Part shown: piece after piece, positions 41,434-54,049 of the stretch
Layout of the letters: every line of letters begins with the position of its first letter
How positions within the stretch are numbered: position 1 is the first letter of the stretch
Source of the DNA: Octopus vulgaris
Taxonomy: Eukaryota
Direction of reading: 5' to 3'
NCBI GenBank assembly: GCA_951406725.2
Contig: OX597820.1
Span: 61,008,001-61,072,000, forward strand
DNA length: 64,000 bases
Translations under genes and position numbers: made by a program
Notes under the pieces: generated by a model
Database searches by the model: none
The model's input: only the letters and a program-made list of their open reading frames with translations
What the model was told of the DNA's origin: nothing

Positions 41434-41869
41434 ACTTTCAATGGCCGTTGCATACAGTCCTCGTCTGCCAATGATATAAATATGATATAATATGCACTAC
41501 AAATCCATGAGAACTCCTCTCAAGGTACGTAATGCAGTATTCTGTGTTCTTATACCACGTCCACGTTACTTTGGCGATAAAAATTGCCTTTTAGTATCCA
41601 GACTACTTCTGTCGCAATTAATTAATTATAATAGTAAATTATATTGACACTAGCACATCACTGGTTCTGTATACTATTTACTCCGTACGAATCTTTTGCT
41701 GAAGCCGTCCAAATGAACGTATTAGTATGAAACTTAAGAACCGGTATATGGCAGCACGCGCGTGTACATATACGCGAGCGCGTGCACATACACATATGTA
41801 AAGTATGAGAAAGAAGGAGTTCAAGTAAAACGACGGCCAGTCATATGTATCCACTCAACAAAAATGAGG

Positions 41870-42270
41870 AGTGAAGTAAGCTCGGCGCGATTAAAGCTCA
41901 GAACATAAAGGGGACAGACAAAGGGATTAAGTCGATTATATGGACCCCAGTGCGTAACTGGTACTTATTTTATCGACCCCGAAAGGATGAAAGGCAAAGT
42001 CGACCTTGGCGGAATTCGAACTCAGAACGTAACGACAGACGAAATAACTATTTCTTTTCTACCCACAAGGGGCTACACACAGATAGACAAACAATAACAG
42101 ACAAACGGATTAAGTCGATTATATCGACCTCAGTGCGTAACTGGTACTTATTTAATCGAACCCGAAGGATGAAAGGCAAAGTCGACCTCGGCGGAATTGA
42201 ACTCAGAACGTAAAGACAGACGAAATACCGCTAAGCATTTCGCCCGGCGTGCTAACGTTTCTGCCAGATC
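41870..42270 (-). mobile_element. Multimeric SINE B (B1-B1-B fragment)
   Basis: Repeated cgacagacgaaata / ctcagaacgtaa blocks. Confidence 0.85.
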
Positions 42271-42574
42271 AACCAATTCTACTATACACTGTCCTTTATC
42301 AATAACCAAGTATTAGATTATGAGTCAACATAGAAGGCTATGTATCCAGTCGAGCTGCTAGGAAGCTTGGAATTACAGCCAAATCTATTCCGCCTTAAAT
42401 TTAACAAACAAGCGAAAAAGGGTTAAAAGATTAAAGTAGTTTTAGATACATTTTGTCTGGAAAAAAAATTATCAACATTGATGGATTCCTCTCAATCATG
42501 AGTATGATCAATCAGAGCCAACCAGTGACTAAACAAAAGCAACTTAAGTTTCATCCTAAGAGAGAATTTTGAGG

Positions 42575-42922
42575 CGACCCGGTTTCGAGTGGTAGCATCT
42601 GTTACTTCCTCGCCCGCTACTCATATCTCAAATTGTCTTGCTATCTTTGTCGGTAAACATACTCATTCACTCTTTGAGGGATAATTCCTATTTCGAACGA
42701 TCAAACTATCTGCTCATTTTATCACATCTGTACCTTTTAGCTTGTTCGCAACAAAAGTTCTTACATGTTCTTTTTATTTAATAGAAACACACACACAATG
42801 TCGCTAAATACAGGGATTTGACCAATTTTACATACTTCATTGGCTGATTAATTTATGGATTATAAAGGATTACATTCATACATACATACATACATACATA
42901 CATACATACATACATACATACA

Positions 42923-42953
<31 letters not shown>

Positions 42954-43850
42954 GTAAGTACTACGTGTGTGTGTGTTTCTTTTTTTAACTACTTCAGCTA
43001 ATTGGTCGAATGTCTCCTTTCTGTTACTCTATTTTCACTGAAACGTACTACTTTTGTCTCTATTCATTTTGAAAATTATGAAGAATTTAAGTTAAATAAC
43101 AGTCACTATTAAATTGAAGTTTAGGACATAAACTAACACGGAATCTCGATGCAAGATTATAATTTAGATGACTCCAGAAGAAGAAGATTTTATCATTGAA
43201 CCGGTGGGCGCTCTCGTGCAAATTCGGTATCAGATGGGTTGGGTCTGCTAACAGCTGTTCATTTAACAAAGCTCGTACGTTATGAAGCAAAGTTAATAAG
43301 AGATTTCACAACTAGGTTACTATAACAAAAACAGTCCTGTCTACATCTTGTTGATTTATAAGGTTGTTTACCAACTGAGAAATTAAGCGTAGTAGATGCA
43401 ATGGAGCGTGATCTCAATTCACTTCTGTTACTTAATTTGCTTTCTGCATATCTTACTGTGTATGTATACTGTTTATTCCTTATATATTCAAAATATACAG
43501 TTATATTTTTTAACAATCCACGTTCATTAATAAATCAATATATTGTTACTACTACTATAAAAAAATTTCCTTATATATGTAAAAGTTATTTCAGCGAAGG
43601 CCCATAGTTTCTACATTATTAGTTATAAACATTTCAGAGATGTACTTGGCAATCAAGTGATTTGATCTACGACTCTGTGCTGAAACTGAGGTTATAGCAG
43701 CGTGGTAAATACATATTAACCATTCAAAAACATACGACGACCGTTGGCTTCACTTAAACATTCATAATTTTGTGTCAAACTTTTCGTTGCAGTAACCGCA
43801 ACCTGGTCTCTGACATAATTCCACTGTACCTCAATAAATATTCTACTACG
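42575..43850 (-). pseudogene. Highly decayed Penelope-like element (RT core, possible GIY-YIG C-terminus, two hammerhead-like remnants)
   Basis: ORF 43087..43290 HRFNDKIFFFWSH...LCPKLQF resembles the PLE RT WxRYIDDIFxxW...HPxIKF; minus frame near 42665-42720 EQIV*SFEIGIIPQRVNE resembles the ExxxIxxLxTxxPxGxN endonuclease end. Confidence 0.5.
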
Positions 43851-44060
43851 TTATCTTTAATATTTATTAGTATTCATATATTTATGTTCTTCCAAATATA
43901 TTTCTCAAATTTTTCACAAATGGAGAAAGCGTAGGTTTCTAACCCACATAGACCTTTCGTTGAAATTCAGACGTGAACCGGTTGAAGTTTATGTATGTAT
44001 GCATGTATGTATGTATGTATGTATGTATGTATGTATGTATGTATGTATGTATGTATGTAT

Positions 44061-45375
44061 GACATCAATTTTTAATTATTTGAGGTCATTCTGAAAGGAA
44101 GGAGCTTGTTTCTAAAAGGTGCAAAGCTCCATCATTCGAATGTAGATAAAACCAATCTCACATTTTGAACATGAGGAAAGTCTTACATATTTCTATTGTT
44201 CTGCTTACAGGATGTATTTGTAATGTGCATTTTAGGTGGTTGATTTCTTTCTATGAAAACCCGAGACTTTTCCAGCTTGTTACTTAGGCATTTACTAATA
44301 AAATCAAGTGCACCAATTATTATTGATATAAATGTAAATTTATAATCTGGATAGAGAGGCTGGAGGTTTCGAAGGAGTTGTGTGTTATTGTCCTCTTTCT
44401 CTTTTATTTTAGAAAAGGCATTCATATCAGCAGAGTATCCGACCTCTATAACAGTACATACTTTTTCTTGTGTAGCCCACACGACAATATCCCGCCTGTT
44501 GCATTTGGACTTAGTGGAAGATTTGATGGTTCCGATATTATTCCTTGTGTCCATGTTTATGTACGTATTTAATAACAAGGATACCCTGTATATTAATCCA
44601 AGGGCGGTTTTTACGGATGGTATTGTATACTACATTAGCGACAGTCATGTCACATCCGAAGGTAGTACCTTGATGTCATATTTTAGCGAGTGCTGCTGAA
44701 ATGTAACAGATATGTAACAAAATCGAAATTTTCTGTTTCCTCTTGGGTCTCCAAGGGTTTCACTGTCTCTTTTGTTGATTAAGTATTTACTAGCGATCTC
44801 CTTTTCTTGGATTGCAAAGGCATAGTCTTCGAAGTGTGATGTGATGTAGCGATCGAGAACGCAAGAAGGGTCACATTCCAAGTCGACACTACTGACGTAT
44901 TTGAGTCTTCGGGAAAGGAAGCATTTCTCATCCAAGTCTTCTCTGAGATAGGTTAGTCCAAGTGTTTTGGAGATCGGCGGGAAAAAAATAGTTTCTGAAG
45001 ATCTTATTGAGAATTCATAAGATGTTGTTCTCTTCACTATTCAGCACTAGGTTTATAGAATTATTTTTACTGCTGTTGTTTAGCTTGAGCTGCCTAAGAA
45101 ATTCTATACGACTTCAAAGACTGTCTACAATGATCCCACGATTCTACCTCTTTCGTCCCTTCTGGGCTACTGCCAGTCATACCACTGTTTCTAAAGTTTC
45201 TACTTGATGTCCAGAATCTTGAGGTTTTAATGTCAATGGTATAAATTCTCTCTATGGACCATTCAGGTATCCTAAATTCTAGTGCCAGCACTGGTACTAC
45301 AAATGCTTTGCGAGATATTGTTTTGCTCCAACAGCCTTATTTAGTCAGCCTAAGTCTGGTGTAATATTGTTGACC
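44061..45375 (-). pseudogene. Second R4/Dong-like RLE retrotransposon relic, bounded by (TATG)n on both sides
   Basis: AFVVPVL...TIDIKTSR (thumb), ITSHFEDYAFAIQEKEIASKYL, KCNRRDIVVW...KEKEDNNTQLLRNLQPLYPDYKFTFISIIIGALDFI. Confidence 0.88.
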
Positions 45376-45379
45376 TACG

Positions 45380-45684
45380 TTTGTATGTATGTATCTCTTT
45401 GCATGCATGTATGTATGCATGCATGTACGTATGTATGTATGTATGTATGTATGTATGTATGTATGTATGTATGTATGTATGTATGTATGTATGTATGTAG
45501 GTAGGTAGGTAGGTAGGTAGGTAGGTAGGTAGGTAGGTAGGTAGGTAGGTAGGTAGGTCGGTGGGTCGGTAGGTAGGTATGTAGGTAGGTAGGTAGGTAG
45601 GTAGGTAGGCAGGTAGGTAGGTAGGTAGGTAGGTAGGTAGGTAGGTAGGTAGGTAGGTAGGTAGGTAGGTAGGTAGGTAGGTAG
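45380..45684. repeat. (TATG)n then (TAGG)n microsatellite
   Basis: Direct reading. Confidence 0.95.
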
Positions 45685-46683
45685 CTATAAAGATATCTGT
45701 ACCTCTTTATGTATATATGTGCGTGTGTATGTGCACATATATACAAGTGTGCAAGCACAAATGTGAGGATCTGTTGCATTTTGATGTATGCATGTGAACA
45801 CATACATAAGCTTGAATCTCCGCACCTATTACATACGAAGATTCGAAAAAGTTTAACATATTTACAGAGAGGTATTATTGTCATATGGCTTAATGCCTTC
45901 CAAGATTCATAATGCCCTGATTCTCAAAATTGATACTAAACCAATTAGATAACATAGACATGGGCTGCAATAATTAAAATAATTATATTAATATATATGA
46001 TACTTATACATATACTTATATATATGACGATATACTATATATAAACATATATACAGTATGTAATATATATGATATACATATATACATATATATTTATATC
46101 ATATATATAAAATATATATATATATACATACACATATACTATATATATAACATACACACACATATATATATACGGACACACACATTATATATGTGTGGGT
46201 GTGGGTGTGTGTTTTTGCATATATGTAGAACATAAAACATGTATAATATATATTTTATACACATTAATATTTATATAATGTATAGTAAATATATATATAT
46301 ATATATGCACACATATACGTAAAACATACTATATAATGAGTCTATATTATATATATTTATATTTATATAATGTATGTACACACACATATGTGTGTATGAG
46401 TGTGTGTGTGTTTGTATACACACACGCAAACAATATTTTAATATATTAAATATGTATATTATAATATAATAACAAATACATTTATTGCATATAAACAAAA
46501 CCAACGTGTGATATATATCTAAATATATATCACATATCCAAATGCTTCAATAATTATTGGTATAAATCTAAAGTTATACTCCGGATGTAAAAACCTCAGG
46601 ACATCATACGTCCAACATCTGTATATCGCTTAAAATATAGATATTTAGTATATATACATTATATGTGCGTATGCGTAACAGTA

Positions 46684-46768
<85 letters not shown>

Positions 46769-46961
46769 TATATATATAATATTAATTAAGGGTAGAAATT
46801 GATATTAGTCAATTAAAACCAGTGGTCTAACATATTGTGCTGAGTTTTATTTGAGAACATACTCTTTGTGGAGAATGGCGATTTGACGTCAATATCTAGC
46901 ATGTTGACTGTCCACTTTTCGTGTCCAGTCCTTAATTGGTATATATATATATATATATATA

Positions 46962-47156
46962 CTGCTGCACACCTTCACCGCAACTTTCTCTCAGTCTCTC
47001 TTCCTGTTTTCTGCTGTACCTGTATCTCAAAGGGCCAGCCTTGTTACACGCTGTGTGTCACGCTGAATCTCCTCGAAAACTACGTTAAGGGTACACGTGT
47101 CTGTGGAGTGTTCAGCCACTTGCACGTTTATTTCGCGAGCAGGCTGTCCCATTGAT
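46962..47156 (+). mobile_element. Interspersed repeat family D (probable SINE 3' part)
   Basis: Reverse complement match to 53810-54011; caactttctctca shared with SINE C. Confidence 0.7.
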
Positions 47157-47498
47157 GAATATGCATCCGGACTGTTGCCATAGTAACGACGCTAAAGCTC
47201 GCAGAGTGAATCTGCTTGGTAATGATTGACCGTGAACTCTGCTGTGCATGCGCACTAAGTTTTAACGCTCTAGATCACTTCCGCTTTTTACAGCAGTGCT
47301 TGGAAGGAAGGCGTGTAGCGTGTGATAGTCGAGCTGACCATGATAGAGAAAGTTGTCATGGTCATACCAGCTCAGAGGCCTATGTAAAGTTGCAGAAAGT
47401 GTATGGAGAGTTTATGAGTAATAGACAAGTGTACGAGTTGTTCAGACGATTCCAAGATGGCCAAAAATATGTCGATAGTGACGAACATTCTGGGAGAC
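47157..47498 (+). mobile_element. mariner 5' fragment (HTH region)
   Basis: GHTSSEAYVKLQKVYGEFMSNRQVYELFRRFQDGQKYVDSDEHSGR. Confidence 0.8.
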
Positions 47499-47516
47499 AT
47501 ACATGTGTGTGTGTGT

Positions 47517-47548
<32 letters not shown>

Positions 47549-47650
47549 TTGTATAACAAGGATATCTTGTTACATTCTATTCATCTAACTGTTCGGACTA
47601 TACCGAACTGGCTTGGTGGCCTCAGTTTAAGCACGCAATTCAACTGAATC

Positions 47651-47718
<68 letters not shown>

Positions 47719-47783
47719 GCTTGTTGTCCATACACCTGTCTTCGTCTTTTGTTATTTTGTAAATTTCAACTATATATACATAC

Positions 47784-47844
<61 letters not shown>

Positions 47845-47848
<4 letters not shown>

Positions 47849-48196
47849 TAATCGAAACAAGAAAACAAAAAGACAACAACGCGAGGATGTGGAACAAATA
47901 AAGTATTATTGGGCGCTCTTCGTCGGAAACATATGAGAAAGAAAGATCCTCGAGGTGGGAGGACAGAGGGAAAAAAATGCAAGTGGTCTTCACGAGGTCA
48001 TATACCGGAAAGGTTTACGAAAATAAACAAAAGACGAAGGCAGGTGGAGTACAAATAAATAAATGTATTAGTATGGCGCCCAGGGATAGAAATAGAACAA
48101 GTCTTTTACGTTTTGAGCCTACGCTCTTCGACAGAAAGATACACAGAAAAAAAAACAAGGAGAGAAAAAAAATGCGTGTGGGAGCTAATGATATAA
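47845..48196 (-). mobile_element. Two-unit non-coding element with hammerhead-like motifs, 3' end in (TA)n
   Basis: Diverged units ~47855-48000 and ~48015-48190; related to 14611, 47716 and 49704 fragments. Confidence 0.65.
48101..48140 (-). ncRNA. Atypical minimal hammerhead-like motif
   Basis: tcttt-CTGTCGA-a-gagc(gtag)gctc-AAAAC-GT-A-aaaga; G12 is mutated in this copy. Confidence 0.45.
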
Positions 48197-48406
48197 GTAT
48201 GTATGTATGTATGTATGTATGTATGTATGTATGTATGTATGTATGTATGTATGTCGTGCCTCTGTTTAGTGTTCCTTGACCAAATTTACTCACTAGGCAT
48301 TTCGCCGATTGGAAATTATAGAAGATATTTGCCAAAGAGGCCACACTATATGACTGAACTAGAAACCGCTAACCTTACAGTTATGTGTGCTTCTCATTTT
48401 ACCTCT

Positions 48407-48464
<58 letters not shown>

Positions 48465-48476
48465 TCTCCCGATATA

Positions 48477-48527
<51 letters not shown>

Positions 48528-48912
48528 TACATACACACACATGTATGCATATATGTACATGGGTACGAATATATATAATACATGTGTGTGTGTATGTGTG
48601 TGTGTGTGTGTGTGTGTGTTTGTGCGTGTGTTTGAATGTATGTGTGTGCGTTTGTGTGAGCCGTCCTCATTTGTTTCATAGAGATGGCTGCATTAAGAAA
48701 TCCTCTAATAAATAGTCTCTCTATAGAATGTGTCGTAAACCGATGAATAAACAACTGTTAGCACCTCCTGTATCTTATTTTTCTCTCTATTGTGTTGCTT
48801 TGGTACTTAACAATAGCCCGGCACACGCATGGATATAGCTACCACGCTGCGTGCATATGTTCCGAAGTTAGTGGGAGGTTGTACGCGTGGGCGTGTGCCT
48901 GGATGTGTCTAC

Positions 48913-48952
<40 letters not shown>

Positions 48953-49308
48953 CTGCGCGTGCATGCGTGTGTGTGTGTGTGTGTATTAAAGTGAGGAAGA
49001 AAGGAGGTGAGAAAGAAAGTGATATGAGGGAGTGTAGAGAGAGAGAGAGCGAGAGAACGAGCGTAGAATAGTTGAAGAAATACAGAAATGAAAGCGTAAA
49101 AACTCCAAGCACTTAAGATGAGAAAACGGGAGTTTTAGACAAAGGAATCTGAAAGGACAGAGAATTAAGACAGAAGGGGATATAAAAGAAGGATGATGAC
49201 ATTTGTAAAGAGATACCGAAACGGCAGAGCAATAAAAGTGATGAAAAATATACGATCGTCTGTTTTACAACGGTAGAAGAAGCGTTGTTTCTACTGTAAA
49301 AATACTAG

Positions 49309-49440
49309 ACGCAGGCGTGGCTGTGTGGTAAGAAGCTTCCTTCCCAGCCACATGGTTCCGGGTTCAGTCACACTGCATGGTACCTTGGGCAAGACCTGTG
49401 AGTAGATTTGGTAGACGGAAACTGAAAGAAGCCCGTCGTA
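49309..49440 (+). mobile_element. SINE A head
   Basis: Family match. Confidence 0.85.
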
Positions 49441-49514
49441 TATATATACATATATATACACCAATAAAAGAAAAAAGAAAATATATACATATACATATAG
49501 AGATATATGCATAC

Positions 49515-49546
<32 letters not shown>

Positions 49547-49703
49547 AATTAATATAAACAGCAGATTGCAGTGTTTCACCAAAAAGGAGAATTATAATTA
49601 TTACTAAATGCCGTCATTGTTAAGAACACTATACTGGCATTTTCGAACGATTCAGGTCCCTGTTAGTGCATGTTTTCATTCACGTGCGTAAGCTACAGCA
49701 TTA

Positions 49704-49821
49704 GAGCACTTTAGTTCGAAGCGTCAAAGACTTTTTCACTTCCCGAGCGTTAAACTAATACATCTGTTTGCTGTCTACACCACCTGTCTTCGTCTTTTGT
49801 TTTTCTTTTTTTTTGTGAGTC

Positions 49822-49824
<3 letters not shown>
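49704..49824 (+). mobile_element. 3' part of the hammerhead-bearing element, ending in (TA)n
   Basis: gagc-acttta-gttc-gaagc-gtc-aaagac then ttcccgagcgttaaactaat. Confidence 0.65.
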
Positions 49825-49860
<36 letters not shown>

Positions 49861-49865
<5 letters not shown>

Positions 49866-50455
49866 GCCAACCAAGTGTGGCTTCCCAAACAGGATAGTGC
49901 TACTGACTTTTAAAGCCCCAGGAAGACATCTCCTCCAGCTGGCTAACGACATACATTCTGTATCCAATTAGTATTTGCGAGGTGAGGTCATTGCTCCCAT
50001 CCCAAGCCTTACGTGATACACACGGACTCGAGTTTCTGGGTGGTTACTCGTCCTCAGCGTATGTTAATCACCAGCTAGTGATGAAAACTCACCCTACTCG
50101 CAAAATACTTTTTTCCAGCGACGAACCGCCGCTGATCTAGAAAAAGGAGATATAAGCTATATTAAATCTCTGAGTGATGTATAAACAGTAGCAATACGGA
50201 ATCGTAGCATATAATTGCCAACCAAGTGTAGCATCCCAAACGGGATAGTGCTACTAATTTTTATAGCTCCAGGAAGACATCTCCTCCAGCTGGCTAACGA
50301 CACATATTCTGTGTCCGATTAGTATTTGCAAGGGGAGGTCATCGCACCTATCCCTAGCCTTACGTGATCAGTAACACTATCTCGTTTGGGACGCCACAAT
50401 TATGTTACGATTCCGTATTGCTACTGTTTACATCTCGCTTAGAGATGTAATATAG
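49861..50455 (-). mobile_element. Retrozyme/Penelope-like non-autonomous element: 351-bp partial tandem plus inverted 5' segment
   Basis: 49861-50017 repeats at 50212-50368; 50369-50455 is the inverse of about 50158-50255; 3' end abuts (TA)n. Confidence 0.78.
50018..50064 (-). ncRNA. Minimal type-I hammerhead ribozyme motif
   Basis: acatacg-CTGAGGA-cgagt(aacc)accca-GAA-ACTCGAGT-C-cgtgtgt: 7-bp stem I, canonical core, palindromic stem III, GUC triplet; stem II has 2 mismatches. Confidence 0.8.
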
Positions 50456-52061
50456 TACATGCGCGTGCGCGCGCACATGTGTGTGTGTATGAGTAACAAA
50501 GATGTACAGTTGCCAATTCATTACCTGATATTGTTTGGGTGTGCAAATTAGATCGACCTAACAAGGTGCTTCAATTTAAGTACCTAATTCAACTGAATCT
50601 TAATTATATTTTAGAGGCTGTGTGGTAATTAGCTTACTTTCCAACTTCCTACTTTTTTCTATCGAGGGCTTATATGCCCCTTTATTTAGACTATTTTTCT
50701 TAGTCATTGCACGCTGATCGCCATAAGCTTTAAGCTTAAATAAAAATACCCTTATTATTATTTACAGGATTGTAAAAAACGGCACCGTATAAAAAAACAT
50801 TGGCACCGAAAGCATATATATATAAAGTGAGAAACCAAAGCAAGTAGCACTCGGCATATTTTGTTAGTTACATGTATGTATTTAATAGTTGTTTCAATTT
50901 AGTTCCTCATAAAGTTTTGTAGTTAAGATACAACCATTTTGTCAGAGGTTTTGAGGTTCAGACTCTGTCTCTCCCAAGATCAGATGAGGTTGTTGTCAGT
51001 AAATATTTCCTTTTAAATCTATTAGGCTTGTTAGTTCTTGTTCATTGAACTTCCTTTCTCTTATTGTGTTACTCTGATTGATCAATATCGTACGCTTTTC
51101 TAAAACATGTGGCCAGGCCTGAACATCACAAGACTTGCCTACTCTGCAATAAATCTGAAACTTGTCTACCTAATAAGTTAATAATTGAGGATGCGTTTGA
51201 AAAGGTGAATAAATTTATACGAGATCCAAAAGTATTTCTGATTTAGACACAAGGTTTGCTATTTTGAAGCAATGTAGATTATTTGGTTACAATGTTCCTA
51301 GTATTTGACTAGTATGCTATTTTTATCGGCGTCGGAAGGATGAAAGACAGTGTTGAGTACAGCGTGACTTAAATTCAGAACGTGAGGAGCCGGAACAATC
51401 TATCAGGTCACACAAACATATAGAGACTCTATCATTGACTAATAATCTCAGTAATTTTCTTCTATATCTAACCATTATCACAATAGTTATTGTACGAACT
51501 AACGTGTAAAGTAACAAGTAAAGTATCTTCTACAGTGTCACTTAACCAGCTACAAATACAAACCAAATCTTTAGTTCAAGACAAAAGGAACAGCATTAGA
51601 TGGTGTAATCCTAGATATTCTAGAATATATAGACAGGGTGGTGGCTATTAGAACAACTACAACAATGAGAGTAATTGTATCAGCATATTACACTTTTTCG
51701 AAATTGCAAGTGTGTTATCAAACCTCAGTTAAACACACAATGAATCTAATTTTATTGAAAAAATTTTTTTCTTTAAGAAATATACGAATTTCACGAAACA
51801 AAATAATCTGAACAAATTGGATAAAGGTCAAGGAAACTTGTCTCAGAAAATCTGACACAATCCTTTCCGTTTTCATCCAGGTGACAGGTGAAAACCGCTA
51901 GAATCCAAACTATTCTCAAACGAGGCAAAGGAACTTCTGATAAACTACTGTGCTGAAAAAAAGAACGGATTGGCCAACGTAGTCCAAGTTATACAATGCC
52001 TTAAAAGATGCAATGGTTACAGCTAGAATGTCTCCGGCTATATGTCTGTTTGGGGATGTTC

Positions 52062-52213
52062 CAGTAGCGTAGTTAGAGTGTACGCCACTCGAAGCAGCCT
52101 TTGAGCTTGTCGCAACCGCCCCCTATACAGTCCTACAAACGTGACGCCCCCATACAAGCGTCGCCCGGGGCGAACCGCACCCCTCGCCCTTTCCTCTTTT
52201 AGCTACACTACTG
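52062..52213. mobile_element. hAT-type MITE
   Basis: TIR cagtagcgtagttag / (rev) cagtagtgtagctaa; GC-rich interior; no clear TSD. Confidence 0.55.
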
Positions 52214-52789
52214 AGCACAGCTGACTCTGGGCTAAAGAACAAAAACAACTGATTCTCATTTCTTTTTTCAAGGATTCGTTCTTTAGAGGATATTATTAAA
52301 TTATTTCTTTCTAATTTTGGCTCAAGGTCAGCAATTTTAGAGGAAAAGCAAAGTCAACCTCGGCGGCATTTGAGCTCAAAACGTAGAGAGCCAGGAAAAA
52401 TTTTGTCCGGCGCTCTAAAGATTCCTGCCAGCTCGCTACCTTATGACTATTAATAAATCAATAAACCGAAGTAAATAGTATTCCTTCGATGAGATTTAGT
52501 TATGTCCCTTGGCGTTCTGAGTTGAAATTGCTAACATCAAAAAATATAAAATAGAAGTGAATTAATGTGGTTGATACGGCACTAACCTGAAAAATATGTG
52601 ACACTGCCCCTATGTTAGAAATAATTGCTATATTGAGGTACTGACGTTTTTTCTTCTAATGAACATTTTCGATTCGTGTATTAAATTTATGTAATATATT
52701 ATTTCTGTAATATTTCGCTACACATAGAAAGTATTAAGTCAATTGTATTCTAATGTCATCAGAAAGAATTTATAGTAGTTAGCTTTTTC

Positions 52790-53045
52790 TATCTCAATAA
52801 GATTTTGCAAGTGAAAAAGATTGATTGTAACAACAAGAGCGAGAGAGAAATCGAACTGCTTGTAAGATGGTTCGATCACCACGCGCACCGCAGTACATTT
52901 GTACTGCACAGAGAAATAAGTGTCACATCTGTGAATGTTCCTGCAGAACGAAAGCTGAGCTGAAAGGTCACCTGCGTGCACATGATCGTGCAATATTCAA
53001 TGAAGAGATAACACGCTTCTCACAAGAAGTAGCAATCGGCATACA
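52790..53045 (+). mobile_element. RTE-clade LINE 3' end with a single C2H2 finger
   Basis: CHICECSCRTKAELKGHLRAH (C-x2-C-x12-H-x3-H) followed by a (TG)n tail. Confidence 0.6.
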
Positions 53046-53092
<47 letters not shown>

Positions 53093-53704
53093 GAAAGCAA
53101 CGTTTTTTCCACAAAGACAAAATCCCGCAACGAATGCTTTTCACGTTCTACAGTATGGAAGCACATTAAAAATAAATGTATACGTCATTAATCCCCACTG
53201 CTTCGTGTTCGTATACGAAACATATTCCAGTTTGGCAAGCCTCAATACATGCCAACAAATGCAGCATTTGCTGTTTTCCGTATATAGGAACAAAGTATCT
53301 TGCATCGCATGAAATTACCGAAGTAGTGTCTGCACTGAAGAGGCTAAGCCACGCTGAACTATCGATTCTGATCATTTACTGTGGTCTAAATGCAAACCCA
53401 TATCTACTTTGCATTTCATCATTTTGGTGGCAGTAAATAGATTACTAGTCCATAATAGTGGGTTGGAGGAATTACTAGAACATTGCGCAGAATACCTTGC
53501 AGTGTCTCAGCTTTCGCGATGATTCATGTTCCAAAGTGGATATCTTGTCCTCTCCCAGAACATGGATGATGTCAAAAGGTCTCCTTGCACACATGAAAAA
53601 CTAATGATCTTCCATTTGTAGGCCTACATACATACAAACATACACATATACACACATACGCACATACACACATATATACATACATACACACACACACATA
53701 GATA

Positions 53705-53766
<62 letters not shown>

Positions 53767-53809
53767 CACGTACGTTTGTATTACATATAAACAAATACAT
53801 TCATATATT

Positions 53810-54011
53810 GTGGCACTCCGTCGGTTACGACGACGTGGGTTACAGGTGATCCGATCAACGGAACAATATGCTCGTGAAATTAACGTGCAAGCGGCTGAGC
53901 ACTCCACAGACGTAGTACCCTCGTAGTTCTCGGGGAGATTCAGCGTGACACAGTGTGTCACAAGGCTGGCTCTTTGAAATACAGGTACAACAGAAACAGG
54001 AAGAAAGAGTA
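53810..54011 (-). mobile_element. Interspersed repeat family D
   Basis: Match to 46985-47156. Confidence 0.7.
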
Positions 54012-54049
54012 ACTTCTCTATACTTCTCTATACTTTTTTAATATCTCAA

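Noticed and set aside
45497-45684. Interstitial telomeric repeat
   Set aside because: The unit is TAGG, not TTAGGG, and it grades from the adjacent TATG tract.
52867-53169. Host C2H2 zinc-finger gene exon
   Set aside because: Single finger without TGEKP linkers, followed by a (TG)n tail; fits an RTE LINE C-terminus better.
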